Program-made: the position numbers and the translations under genes
Part shown: one piece after another, positions 26,455-36,371 of the stretch
Layout of the letters: the number at the start of each line of letters is the position of its first letter
Numbering within the stretch: position 1 is the first letter of the stretch
Notes under the pieces: generated by a model
The model's database searches: none
Told to the model about the DNA's origin: nothing
What the model saw: the letters and a program-made list of their open reading frames with translations, nothing else
From: Akkermansia sp.
GTDB lineage: Bacteria; Verrucomicrobiota; Verrucomicrobiia; Verrucomicrobiales; Akkermansiaceae
Direction of reading: 5' to 3'
NCBI GenBank assembly: GCA_017415995.1
Contig: JAFQDN010000020.1
Span: 583 to 64,582 of the forward strand
DNA length: 64,000 nt

Positions 26455-28821
26455 ATGGCAGAGCTCCCATACATCAGACATTACGAGTGGGTAAACCCCG
26501 GCACCTTGGAACTGGGCTTTCCCACGAACCGCTTGCGCCTTTACTTCATGGAAGACGGGCTGGTGCGTTGTCGGTATGTCTCACACGCGGTTTTTGAAAA
26601 TATTCCCAGCTATGGCGTGGCTCCGGAGTACGATGCACAGTCGGTGCCCCTGAGCGAGCGTGCTACTGAAGAATACTATGAGGTGTGCACGGCTCGTTTA
26701 TCCGTGCGAATACGGTGTGAAGACGGCGGTTTGGAGTTCCGCGAACTCAGCAGTGGCGTGCTCTTGAGCGCCGATGCTGAGGGCATGGGACACCGCCTGC
26801 AGGAGCGCACCGGTGATGAGTTGGTGTGGGTGCTGAAACACTTGCCGGAAGAGGCTCACTTTTTCGGGCTCGGGGATAAACCCTGTGCGCTTAATCTGCG
26901 TGGACGCCGTTTTGAAATGTGGGGGGCGGACCACTACAAGTTCCACCCGGACAGTGATCCGTTGTACAAGAGCATACCCTTTTTCATGTGTCTGAATGAG
27001 GGGACGCAGTACGGAATCTTTTTTGACAATACGATGCGCTCCTATTTTGACTTCGGCAAGGAGCGCGCGGACCGCCTTCTGTTCGGCGCGGATGGTGGCG
27101 TGATGGATTATTACTTCATTTGCGGTGAAAGTGCCTTGGATACCGTGCAGACCTATACGCGCCTGACGGGGCTGCCACCGTTGCCTCCGCTGTGGGCCTT
27201 GGGGTACCACCAGAGCAAATGGAGCTACTACCCGGAAAAAGTGGTGTATGATTTGGCAGCGGAGTTCCGCTCTCGCAACATCCCGTGTGATGCTATCCAT
27301 CTGGACATACACCACATGAAGCAATACCAAGCGCTCACTTGGGACCGCGTGCATTTCCCGGATCCGCCCGGTATGATTCGGAACTTGGGAGAGCAGGGGT
27401 TTAAGGTTGTTACCATCATTGACCCCGGCATCAAAATTAACCCGGATAACTATGTGTGGCGTAGCGGATTTGAGAGTAATGTGTTTTGCCGACGCCATGA
27501 CGGAGCCCTGTTAGAAGGTGAGGTGTGGCCGGGCACATGCACTTTCCCGGACTTCACGAACCCGACAACCCGTTATTGGTGGGCGGATTTGTTCAAACGC
27601 CAAGTAGGGGAATACGGCGTGCGCGGGATTTGGACGGATATGAACGAGCCCGCCCTCTTCCCGAACCGAACCTTCCCGGATGATACGCGGCATAATTATG
27701 ATGGTTTTTATTGCTCTCACCTCAAGGCTCACAATGTGTATGGGCAGTGTATGGCGCGCGCTACGCGCATGGGCATGGAGCTGGCTGCTCCGCAGCACCG
27801 CCCCTTTGTATTATCGCGTGCCGGTTTTGCCGGGCTGCAACGCTGGGCTGCTACATGGACCGGGGATAACTACTCCGACTGGGAGAATCTGAAGATGGCC
27901 AACCTCATGGTGCAGCGATTGTCTGCCAGTGGCGTGTCCTTCTGCGGGGCGGATACCGGAGGTTTTTTGGGGCGCCCCACGCCCGAGCTCTTTTGCCGAT
28001 GGATGCAAATGGCGGCATTCCACGTGTTCTTCCGTAACCATAACAACGGCGAGTACGGAGGACAGGAACCCTGGTGCTTCGGACCCGTGGTGGAGGAGAT
28101 GGTGCGTACAGCGATTGCGCAGCGCTACCGCTTGTTGCCGTATTTATACACACAATTTTACCGCTATTCCACCCAAGGAATTCCCATTATCCGCTCACTG
28201 GCACTGATGTACCCGCACAATACGGACACCTATTGGCGCAGCAGTGAGTTCTTCCTGGGAGATTCCCTTTATGTGGTGCCGGTACATCATCCCGGAGAAA
28301 GCGGACGCTTTATGTATGTGCCGCCGGGGCATTGGTATTCGCTGTGGACGGACGCACCGGCGCCGGAGTCAGATGCCGAGGCTTGGGTGGCCACGCCTAT
28401 GTCCCATATTCCGGTCTATGTTCGCGGGGGGAGCGTGATTCCCCGTTGGCCTGTTCAGCAATATGTGGGTGAAATGGAAAATCCGCCCCTGACATTGGAC
28501 ATTTGGTGGGCTCCGGAGACAACGAGTACCGAGGAGCTTTATGAAGATGCCGGAGATGGCTTAGCCCACAGACTCGGGGATTATCTGCTGCACCATTACG
28601 CGTACGCCTCCGGTATCCGCGAGTTTTCGCTTCGCCACAAAACGGAAGGAGCGCGTGCCTTGAGCTCAGACACGGTAGAACTTGCCCTGCATGCGCTGCC
28701 GCATACGGCTACTCCTACCCTGATGGTGGATGGTCGGATTGTGAGTGGCTCCTTTGACGAACGGCACATTTTCCGTGCACAGATAGCCGCCGGTTTCCGC
28801 GAGTTGCGTTTGCACTTCTGA
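26455..28821 (+). CDS. Glycoside hydrolase family 31 alpha-glucosidase/alpha-xylosidase-like
   Basis: GH31 signatures GIWTDMNEP (nucleophile region), WTGDN and GADTGGF. Confidence 0.9.
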   Translation: MAELPYIRHYEWVNPGTLELGFPTNRLRLYFMEDGLVRCRYVSHAVFENIPSYGVAPEYDAQSVPLSERATEEYYEVCTARLSVRIRCEDGGLEFRELSSGVLLSADAEGMGHRLQERTGDELVWVLKHLPEEAHFFGLGDKPCALNLRGRRFEMWGADHYKFHPDSDPLYKSIPFFMCLNEGTQYGIFFDNTMRSYFDFGKERADRLLFGADGGVMDYYFICGESALDTVQTYTRLTGLPPLPPLWALGYHQSKWSYYPEKVVYDLAAEFRSRNIPCDAIHLDIHHMKQYQALTWDRVHFPDPPGMIRNLGEQGFKVVTIIDPGIKINPDNYVWRSGFESNVFCRRHDGALLEGEVWPGTCTFPDFTNPTTRYWWADLFKRQVGEYGVRGIWTDMNEPALFPNRTFPDDTRHNYDGFYCSHLKAHNVYGQCMARATRMGMELAAPQHRPFVLSRAGFAGLQRWAATWTGDNYSDWENLKMANLMVQRLSASGVSFCGADTGGFLGRPTPELFCRWMQMAAFHVFFRNHNNGEYGGQEPWCFGPVVEEMVRTAIAQRYRLLPYLYTQFYRYSTQGIPIIRSLALMYPHNTDTYWRSSEFFLGDSLYVVPVHHPGESGRFMYVPPGHWYSLWTDAPAPESDAEAWVATPMSHIPVYVRGGSVIPRWPVQQYVGEMENPPLTLDIWWAPETTSTEELYEDAGDGLAHRLGDYLLHHYAYASGIREFSLRHKTEGARALSSDTVELALHALPHTATPTLMVDGRIVSGSFDERHIFRAQIAAGFRELRLHF

Positions 28822-28848
28822 TTCCCTCCCCCCCCATTTTTGCACGCC

Positions 28849-29988
28849 ATGAAACGAGATACTCTGGATAAAATACTGAACCGTTTGGAGCACTTGAGTG
28901 GGGATGATTTGCGCCGCATTTTCATGCGTATGGCATCCGAGAAGGGGTTGTTGCAGGACGTGTTCGATGCCCTACGCGACGGCCTGATTTTGTTTGACTC
29001 CGATGGGCATGCCCGCTTCGCCAACAAATCCGCCTGTGCCATGTTTAATTGCCCGCTCAAAGAGTTGTTAAGCATGCCGTTTGAGCGTTTGGTAGGCGGA
29101 ACCTGTAGCTGGCAGGATTTGAGTGGCAGTGGGGTGGCCATTACTCGTGATTTGCAGGTAAATTACCCGGAATCACGCCATTACAATTTTCTGATGAGTC
29201 CGGTGGCAGATGGCTCGGAGTATTTGCTGCTTATCCGCGATGATACGGAAAGTGTGGTGCAGGGGGAGGCAGATGCCGAGGCGGAGCAGTTTAACCTTAT
29301 CACCTACATGGCCGGAGCCGTTGCTCATGAAATCGGTAACCCGTTGAATTCTTTAGGCCTCAACTTGCAGTTAATGCAGCGTAAACTGGCGAAGACGGAT
29401 GCCTCGGTACAGCACAAACTGGCTCCTTTGCTGGAAAGCGCCTTGGCTGAGACGCATCGGTTGGATACCCTGTTGCGCCAGTTCCTTCAATCTATGCGCC
29501 CGGGCAACATGCAGCGCGAGAGTGTTCAACTCAACGGGGTTATTGCCCACGTGTTGCAGGTGTTAGAGCCCGAGATTGCTCCGCGTGGCATTGAGGTGCA
29601 GCAGGCTCTCAGCAAAGATTTACCGGAGCTCAATGCCGACGGCGGTCAACTCTTCCAAGCTTTTTATAACCTGATTCGCAATGCTTTCCAATCTATCCCC
29701 GGAGAGGAATTCGGCGGTATTTATATCCAAACGGATTATAATGATACGGACGTCCGAGTCATCATCGGTGATAATGGTACAGGCATTTCTCATGAGGTTA
29801 TGGGCAATATGTATGAACCTTTCCGCACCACCAAGCGTAAAGGAAACGGACTTGGCTTGCTGATTGTTCGCCACATCATCAAGGAACACGGAGGTACGCT
29901 TTCCTTAGCATCCAGAGTGGGTACCGGAACAACGGTAACCATTACTTTGCCACGCGCGGATCGCGTGGTGCGTTTGTTGCCTTCGTAA
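28849..29988 (+). CDS. Cytoplasmic PAS-domain sensor histidine kinase (orphan)
   Basis: PAS-like N-terminus, H-box AHEIGNPLNSL, N-box and G-boxes (IRNAFQS, DNGTGI, GNGLGL). No TM segments and no adjacent response regulator. Confidence 0.85.
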   Translation: MKRDTLDKILNRLEHLSGDDLRRIFMRMASEKGLLQDVFDALRDGLILFDSDGHARFANKSACAMFNCPLKELLSMPFERLVGGTCSWQDLSGSGVAITRDLQVNYPESRHYNFLMSPVADGSEYLLLIRDDTESVVQGEADAEAEQFNLITYMAGAVAHEIGNPLNSLGLNLQLMQRKLAKTDASVQHKLAPLLESALAETHRLDTLLRQFLQSMRPGNMQRESVQLNGVIAHVLQVLEPEIAPRGIEVQQALSKDLPELNADGGQLFQAFYNLIRNAFQSIPGEEFGGIYIQTDYNDTDVRVIIGDNGTGISHEVMGNMYEPFRTTKRKGNGLGLLIVRHIIKEHGGTLSLASRVGTGTTVTITLPRADRVVRLLPS

Positions 29989-30919
29989 TAAGCCATACTC
30001 CCACCGCAATAAAACACACGGCTGCTATTTTTTGCGGAGTAAGGGTGTCCACCCCCAGAAAAATACCTGCCGCCGCGGCTATGGCCGGTTGAATGTAATT
30101 GTAGGCCGTAACCGTGGACGGCTCCAGCTTGCGCTGCCCGATAATCAGGAGTAAGTAACTGATAAACGAACCGAAGATAACCACATACAGACTGCCTGCT
30201 ATTTCCGCTGTGCCGAATTGTTCCCACTTTGTCTGCATGAGCTCATGAGCCCAGAGCGGAAGTGTGAGGATGGCCGATATCAGGAACAGCCACCGCATGA
30301 GGATGATGGGATGGTAGCGTTTGAGTACACCGCTGAAAAAGACAAAGTAACAGGACGCTGCCAGCTGCGATACCAGGCAAATGGCATCCCCCATGGGATT
30401 GCCGCTGCGCCCGCCCTCTACCTGTGAACCTATGATGAGGATAATGGCTCCAACTGCTGCAATGAACAGTCCTCCCACCTTGCGGGCTCTGATGCCGGCA
30501 TGCAGAAACAATACGGAGAGTATATAGGTGAATACAGGGGTGCTTGTGGTAATGATGCAAGCATTGGTAGGGGAGGTGTATTGCAGTCCTATTACATAAC
30601 AAAACTGGTTAATTCCCATGCCGCATAACGACATCAGGATGAGGGGCAGCCAATCCCGGCGAGCTATTTGTTGGCGTGGTGCAGCGGCGGAGATGCTCCA
30701 AAACAGCAAAGCTGCTCCACATAAGCGGAAGGCAGACATGCAAACTCCGTTGATGAGCCCACTTTCCATCGCCCATTTGCACATGGGGCTCATTAACCCG
30801 AAACACAGGAACGCTGCCAGCGTAATGAGGTGTGCTGACGCGCTATGTTGATAGCTCTCTGTGGGGTGCCCCGTATGCATGAACCGCCCGCATGATACCA
30901 TGCTGCCGGCATTTTTCAA
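29942..30919 (-). CDS. EamA/DMT family transporter
   Basis: Ten predicted TM helices with two EamA-like halves. Start is uncertain (alternative Mets at 30901 and 30880). Its 3' end overlaps the kinase gene by 47 nt. Confidence 0.8.
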   Translation of the reverse strand: MKNAGSMVSCGRFMHTGHPTESYQHSASAHLITLAAFLCFGLMSPMCKWAMESGLINGVCMSAFRLCGAALLFWSISAAAPRQQIARRDWLPLILMSLCGMGINQFCYVIGLQYTSPTNACIITTSTPVFTYILSVLFLHAGIRARKVGGLFIAAVGAIILIIGSQVEGGRSGNPMGDAICLVSQLAASCYFVFFSGVLKRYHPIILMRWLFLISAILTLPLWAHELMQTKWEQFGTAEIAGSLYVVIFGSFISYLLLIIGQRKLEPSTVTAYNYIQPAIAAAAGIFLGVDTLTPQKIAAVCFIAVGVWLITKATNAPRDPRVAK

Positions 30920-30946
30920 TGCCTATGACGTAATTTTGTCCGTCTT

Positions 30947-33271
30947 TTATTCTGCATCGGTGGCGCAGGGCTCCAAGATAAGGATTTTGTGTTGCTGTAG
31001 TAATTGTTTTACATCCGGGCTGAGTGGCTCTATTACCGCAACGAATCCTACTTCTCCGGCGATTGCGGATTCTGCTGCATTTTTATCCATCGATTGCATG
31101 GCAAGAATCGCATTATTCAGCTCGTAAGGTTGTGTTTTCAGGATGTTGCGCAGAGCTTCTGCCGGCTTGCCATCTACGGTAATAGCAAGCCTACCTTGCT
31201 TTATGACTGCAATCGTATGTTTGCCTCTTTTTATCAAATTAAGCGCTTTGGTGCGCTCCAAATCGAACTCCGCTTTTTTGACGGTAACGAATTTGCTGTA
31301 TTCTTTGTGGTAGCGATAGTAATTTTTGAAGTAATCAACACGCTCGTCATCGTTTATGACGGAGTAAGCTTTGTCGAGCAGCTCCTCCAAGACGGTGTAG
31401 GCTTTTTCATCCCATGGATACCCTGCTGAAATACTTATCGTTTTTGCGTACATCATCCGCATATTCTCCACCATGTCCGCAGTTTCCGGATGCAGAGTGG
31501 CGTATTCAATCAGGGCTGCATCTAACTCCTCATAATATTGCAAGTTTTTAACGACAAGACTCATGAGGACGATGAGTTTATCCTCCGGAGTTTTTGCTGT
31601 TGGCAAGTTTTCCTTCCATACGATTTCAGCCATGGCGGCTCTGCCCCGGTTTAAAATCTCTTGTTTGGTTTCATGTGCTCCCGGTATGCCGTATTCTCCC
31701 CGGATGGCTGAATTGCAGTAAAACTCCACCGCCCGGGGCTCACCTACTTCGTAGGCTTTTCGGAGCATGCTCAGTGCAAGCTCTCTTTGTTTCGGGTCAC
31801 CGTACCTCAGGGCATTCAATGCCCAGGTCGTAAAGTAGTGCCCGCTGCCGGGTTTTGCTGCCAATTCTTCCAAAACATTGGCCGCCCCTGCCGGTGAATA
31901 ACCGGCGCGTGATTCCCCGATTCCGTTTAAATATATCGCGTATATCGTTTCTTTATTATTAGTGAACTGAGCCGTAGAAAGCACATATTTGAGCTCAGCT
32001 TTATTGATTTTGTGGCGCAATTCCGCGGAGTTGCTCGTCACGTCCGCATATTCCTCATGTGCAAAAACGGACATGCTTTTCATGATTTTTATACCGGTGG
32101 CAATATCCGCCGTAACCGATGATGATTCCGCTGCTCTGAGTTGAGCCGGTGTAACTGAGTTTGCGGCTTTGGAGAGTAGGCTTATCATGTCTATGCACAG
32201 CAGGCGGTCTCTTTTGGTGATTAAGGTTAGCGGGGACTGTAAAGACGTACCTGCTGAGGCTATACGTTTGACGGCTGTTTCGGTGTAGTCTGTTCCCGGT
32301 TGCCACCCGGCTTCATGGGCTGCCTTCAGGTATGATTGTTTTTCATTTTCATCCGTTGCCAGCGTGTGGAGTTTATAGAGTGCTGCCGGGTGTTGATGAT
32401 AGGCTGCTTTTTCGTATAAACAGCGGATAAACGCGGGTTTGTCGAAGCTGAGCGTTGTTGAAAGTTGTTCCCATAAATGAGCCAGGTTGTATGTTTCCTG
32501 TACAATATTGGCGTCATACCCCGTGTGGACTGCCAGCACGCGTGCTCCGTATTCCAAGGGGCGGAAAGCCTCTCCTTTCAGTTGACATAAACGGGCGCAT
32601 GTTGACCACATCCGCGACGTCTCGGATGAATCGTCTCCATTCGATAATACATCGCAGACTACGGCTTTTTTGAAGACTTTTTCTGCCTTTTCTTCTTCTA
32701 CAGCCCCATATTCATTAAAAAGCAGGGTGATGGCCGCATTCATGAGCGGAAGCGTTGCCTGCTGCTCGCTGCCTGTAAGTACACATCGGCGAATGCGGGC
32801 TTGCTTTTCTTCCGGGCTCAGGTGCGGAGCCGAGGAGATGATTCCGCATAAAAGAGTCAGTGATTTCGGATCATGTTCAGCTACATTTTCCAATTGACGG
32901 AGGGCGTTTTCCCATTGTTCTCGGGTGGCATCGGCGCCTTTATTTAACAGATTGTATGCAATGAGCAGTGAGCTTATTTCGTATTCTCCATGTTTCATGC
33001 CCTCCGCCAAACATGCTTGGCGCTCCTCTTCACTGCGTGCTTGTATGTACATGATGCAGATAGCCGCTTTGCGTAGCTCGGTGGCATATTGGCGCGCTCC
33101 GTATCCGGTGTCTTCGGGGAGGGGATAATTCAGCAGGCTTTGCAGTGCCTGTTCCGCAGTCATCTCCTGTTTGCTCAGAAATGTTACTGCTTCTGCGTCT
33201 TCCCGGGCTTGCAGGGGGGCATTCACTGCAAATAACAAGAGTGCTGTAGGTAAAAGTCGGAAATGTCTCAT
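30947..33271 (-). CDS. Large exported alpha-helical repeat protein (Sel1/TPR-like)
   Basis: Signal peptide MRHFRLLPTALLLFAVNAPLQA. About 650 aa of helical repeats with Sel1-like A..Y.LA...G signatures, then a distinct ~110-aa C-terminal domain. Confidence 0.55.
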   Translation of the reverse strand: MRHFRLLPTALLLFAVNAPLQAREDAEAVTFLSKQEMTAEQALQSLLNYPLPEDTGYGARQYATELRKAAICIMYIQARSEEERQACLAEGMKHGEYEISSLLIAYNLLNKGADATREQWENALRQLENVAEHDPKSLTLLCGIISSAPHLSPEEKQARIRRCVLTGSEQQATLPLMNAAITLLFNEYGAVEEEKAEKVFKKAVVCDVLSNGDDSSETSRMWSTCARLCQLKGEAFRPLEYGARVLAVHTGYDANIVQETYNLAHLWEQLSTTLSFDKPAFIRCLYEKAAYHQHPAALYKLHTLATDENEKQSYLKAAHEAGWQPGTDYTETAVKRIASAGTSLQSPLTLITKRDRLLCIDMISLLSKAANSVTPAQLRAAESSSVTADIATGIKIMKSMSVFAHEEYADVTSNSAELRHKINKAELKYVLSTAQFTNNKETIYAIYLNGIGESRAGYSPAGAANVLEELAAKPGSGHYFTTWALNALRYGDPKQRELALSMLRKAYEVGEPRAVEFYCNSAIRGEYGIPGAHETKQEILNRGRAAMAEIVWKENLPTAKTPEDKLIVLMSLVVKNLQYYEELDAALIEYATLHPETADMVENMRMMYAKTISISAGYPWDEKAYTVLEELLDKAYSVINDDERVDYFKNYYRYHKEYSKFVTVKKAEFDLERTKALNLIKRGKHTIAVIKQGRLAITVDGKPAEALRNILKTQPYELNNAILAMQSMDKNAAESAIAGEVGFVAVIEPLSPDVKQLLQQHKILILEPCATDAE

Positions 33272-33380
33272 TGCTCCTGCTTTCTACCTTATTTTTGTTG
33301 GAATGTCAAGTGTATTTTGTTTTGCATTTAATCTTGCAATCAGCTTGACGATGCCCGTTTCAATTTATAGAATAGCTGCG

Positions 33381-34124
33381 ATGAGTGAATCTCCTATTCA
33401 GAGTTATCTACATAGTTTGCTGCAATGCCCGATTGAGGAGCTGCCTGCATTTGTGGAGGCCGAAGTTCCGGCTGCGGTGCAACGTTGGCTGGCGGAGAGT
33501 GAAGAGCGTCGGCAGGATTTTGCCCTGTTGATGGAAGCCGCTCGGCAGGAACCATACGTTACGGAATATGCCTGTGCCTGGGAAATTAATCATGTGCTCG
33601 AGCATTTCCGCGCCGATGCCGGTTATGGTTGGAAAGAGCTCATGAGCAGTGTAGATGCCGTAGGCTGTGCCATTGATGGGGAAGATGCCGAGCTCGAACA
33701 GCTTGGCATGGCTATTGTGCGTCTGTTGCTGCAAGCCGGGGATTCCCCCAACAATGACTATGCCATAGCTCTCTACTCCGGCCCTTTACACTACACATGC
33801 CGGGAGGGATACCTACAACTGGCCGAGCTATTATTGCGTTATGGGGCGGATCCTAATATGGAGGATGCAGACATGCAGACTCCCTTGCATTTTGCCGCTA
33901 AGAACAATCAGTTGGAATGTGCCGCACTCCTCATCAAATACGGTGCCATCGTAGACGCTCCCGACATAGCCGGTTGGACTCCCCTCCGAAGTGCAATTCT
34001 CAGTCAATACGAGAACATGGTGGCTCTCCTGCAAAAACACGGCGCTCGCATTACCGAGTTTTCTGAAAAAGACTGGGACTCCTACATGAGAAAACGTAAA
34101 AAACACCAAAGCAACTCGGACTGA
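33381..34124 (+). CDS. Ankyrin-repeat protein
   Basis: Ank repeats (GPLHYTCREGYLQLAELLLRYGADPN, QTPLHFAAKNNQLECAALLIKYGAIVD, WTPLRSAILSQYENMVALLQKHGA). Start set at MSESPIQ because the longer ORF overlaps the divergent gene. Confidence 0.8.
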   Translation: MSESPIQSYLHSLLQCPIEELPAFVEAEVPAAVQRWLAESEERRQDFALLMEAARQEPYVTEYACAWEINHVLEHFRADAGYGWKELMSSVDAVGCAIDGEDAELEQLGMAIVRLLLQAGDSPNNDYAIALYSGPLHYTCREGYLQLAELLLRYGADPNMEDADMQTPLHFAAKNNQLECAALLIKYGAIVDAPDIAGWTPLRSAILSQYENMVALLQKHGARITEFSEKDWDSYMRKRKKHQSNSD

Positions 34125-34650
34125 TTGTTTTGGGTACAACTGCTCTGAAGCAATAACTGCTTTCCAAAAACTATAAGGGAACTCTTCCCAAAAGTTTTCT
34201 CTTCAGCAAGTATTCCGCTAAACCGGAATGTATTGACGAGTGCAAAGTTCGATAGCGTGAGGAGGAAAGAGGGGTGCGGATGCAAAATTGCACTTTTTTA
34301 TTGCAGATTCGGAGAAGTGGAGTATTATCGCTGCTCCGTCATAACATTTGCAGAACATAGTCTCCCTCGGGAGCCCAACACCCTAGCCCGGAAGAGGTGT
34401 GGGGAAGGACGGCAAGGAGTCCGTCCGCACTTCCAAAAAAATCAGCTTTTTTTTGCAGGAGAGACACAGATTTTCAGCGTCTTAAAAATAAGATGCGTAA
34501 AAAAGTTGCAAATGTTATGACGGAGTGCCTTTTTTTTGATAGAAATTTTCAGAAAAAACTTTACAAGGCAAGATGAGGCGGATAGAATGAAGCTTGTGGA
34601 GTGCTAAAAGGTATTCCACGCAACGCGAACACGTAACAGAAATAACAGAA

Positions 34651-35160
34651 ATGAAAAAGTTTACATACTTGGCAGTGGCCGCAACGTCTGCATTGGTATT
34701 CACATCGTGCTCCAGCCCTGAGGAGAAAGCAACGGATGCCGTTAAAGATACGTTGGAGGATTTGACGGAGCTGGTGAATGAGAATAAAGATGAAGACTTG
34801 GAGACTGCCATTGATGAGCTGCACTCCCTGTTGGAAAAGCGTACACCGCAGATTATTTCGGCTCTGGAAGATTTGTCAGATGCCGAACGCGTGACTTTCA
34901 TCAACAATGTTGTGAACTTGCCTGAGGTAAAAACATTGACCATGACGGTGATGAGTGCTGCCAACAGTCCGGTTGCACTGTCCGCTGCCAAACTCAGCGA
35001 TGATCCCGCTGCAGCTGATGCAGTGCTCCCGATGGAAAGCCGCATGAAGCTGGTGGATATATGTGCAAATCTTGCAAAAATCGGTGTAGCTCTTCGTTTG
35101 GAGCGTGAGGATGTGCGCGACGCTTTCAAAAAAGCTTCTAGCAGCTTCAAACCGTTCTGA
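34651..35160 (+). CDS. Small helical lipoprotein, unknown function
   Basis: Lipobox MKKFTYLAVAATSALVFTSC, an acidic helical body and a good terminator downstream. Confidence 0.6.
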   Translation: MKKFTYLAVAATSALVFTSCSSPEEKATDAVKDTLEDLTELVNENKDEDLETAIDELHSLLEKRTPQIISALEDLSDAERVTFINNVVNLPEVKTLTMTVMSAANSPVALSAAKLSDDPAAADAVLPMESRMKLVDICANLAKIGVALRLEREDVRDAFKKASSSFKPF

Positions 35161-35188
35161 TTGCTCGCAGTTTAATTACTGTACACAC

Positions 35189-35220
35189 AAAAAGCCGGGG
35201 CCTGCGAGCTCCGGCTTTTT
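35189..35220. terminator. Intrinsic terminator (A-run / hairpin / T-run)
   Basis: AAAAAGCCGGGG...CTCCGGCTTTTT. Confidence 0.7.
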
Positions 35221-35303
35221 GCATTAAATTTGATTGATCGGGGTGTGGAACCTCCCGACGTATTGTTGGGGGGCCGCCAAACGACGGTCAACCGCGCTAC
35301 TCA

Positions 35304-36104
35304 TTAATTTCTGTATGTGCTGCAACGGTTCAGCCAACCGGGGAGCCATTTTTGCTCATTGCGTGCAGCGGGGGAGTTTGCTACGCGGCGACGCATGACA
35401 ACGGATGCCGCCCGGGAGAACTCTGCTGTGGCGGCTCTGCCCTGCGGATTACCCTGCATTTCCTCCAATACCTGCAACAATCCCCATCCTTGCCCGTTAT
35501 AACGCTCACTTTCTTTAGTGCCTTCTCCCTTAAAGTTGACGTAATCCACCAAGCAATACATGCCCTGTGTGGTGGCGGCCAATGCATTGTAATGCGCCTG
35601 AACGGCTGCCGGCTTGCTGCTGTGAGCCAGCATGGTGGGCAATGCTGCGCGCGAACGCCGGATGATGAACTCTGTTTGCAGATTGACATGGGCTGCCAGC
35701 CATTTACGCATTTGGTCCGCCTTGCCTCTGCGATCCGCCGTAAATGCCTGCTTATTTGCCCACGGTGCTGCGCCGTTGAAGAATGCCGGTACTTGTGCCC
35801 CGCGTGATTTTGCATAGGCCACGAACTTCGGGAAGCTTTCATCGAACGGACCGGTGTATCCGCTCGGGTACCAGATGAAGTGCCCTATGCCCAAGGATGG
35901 GAACTCCTCCCCTGCGTTCCAGCTTACCAGTCCTTGCACGCTGCCGGCACACTCGTTAGCCCATATGCGGCGCCCCAGCTCGCTGATGTTTACGTTGCTG
36001 TTGCTACTTGTCGGGACGGCGGCGGTTGCGTTGCTGCCTTGGGGCTGCGCCGTGCATGCGCTCAGCAGTAATCCGGCACTCAGAGGAAGAATCCATTTGT
36101 TCAT
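35304..36104 (-). CDS. Lipoprotein, unknown function
   Basis: Lipobox MNKWILPLSAGLLLSAC and a conserved-looking WANECAG...SLGIGHFIWYP segment. Family not recognised. Confidence 0.55.
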   Translation of the reverse strand: MNKWILPLSAGLLLSACTAQPQGSNATAAVPTSSNSNVNISELGRRIWANECAGSVQGLVSWNAGEEFPSLGIGHFIWYPSGYTGPFDESFPKFVAYAKSRGAQVPAFFNGAAPWANKQAFTADRRGKADQMRKWLAAHVNLQTEFIIRRSRAALPTMLAHSSKPAAVQAHYNALAATTQGMYCLVDYVNFKGEGTKESERYNGQGWGLLQVLEEMQGNPQGRAATAEFSRAASVVMRRRVANSPAARNEQKWLPGWLNRCSTYRN

Positions 36105-36251
36105 ATCCGCTATTCTACTTCATTTGCTCCCACTTTGTAAAGCCGGAAAACTTGCATCTTGCCTGTTTTTTGCCGACTATTATTTTTCAATGCTTAATAG
36201 TGTTATTTGTGCCCTTTTTTTAATAAAAATGCAAAAAAAACGCCTTTATGC

Positions 36252-36280
36252 TTGACTTTGGTGTGCGGATGTGGTAATTT
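36252..36280 (+). promoter_or_regulatory. Putative promoter of rpsP
   Basis: TTGACT (36252-57), a 17-nt spacer, then TGgTAATTT extended -10 (36275-80). This leaves a leader of about 85 nt. Confidence 0.45.
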
Positions 36281-36371
36281 GCTGCACCGCATTGGCGCCC
36301 GTGCCTTGCTCATGGTAACAGGTAACGGCTCCTTTCGTGGTAAACAACCAAATCTAATCTTTATTTACAAT

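Noticed and set aside
33171-33380. N-terminal 70-aa extension of the ankyrin ORF
   Set aside because: It overlaps the start of the divergent 774-aa gene and its promoter region. MSESPIQ at 33381 is the plausible start.
34374-34430. SRP (4.5S) RNA-like CCGGAAG / GGAAGGA motif
   Set aside because: The flanks do not form the conserved helix-8 symmetric and asymmetric loops or the GNRA-closed stem. The resemblance is limited to a few nucleotides. It is kept only as part of the generic sRNA-candidate spacer.
34515-35150. 211-aa minus-strand ORF
   Set aside because: It is an S/A-rich low-complexity translation. The plus strand has a lipobox-bearing protein with a downstream terminator.
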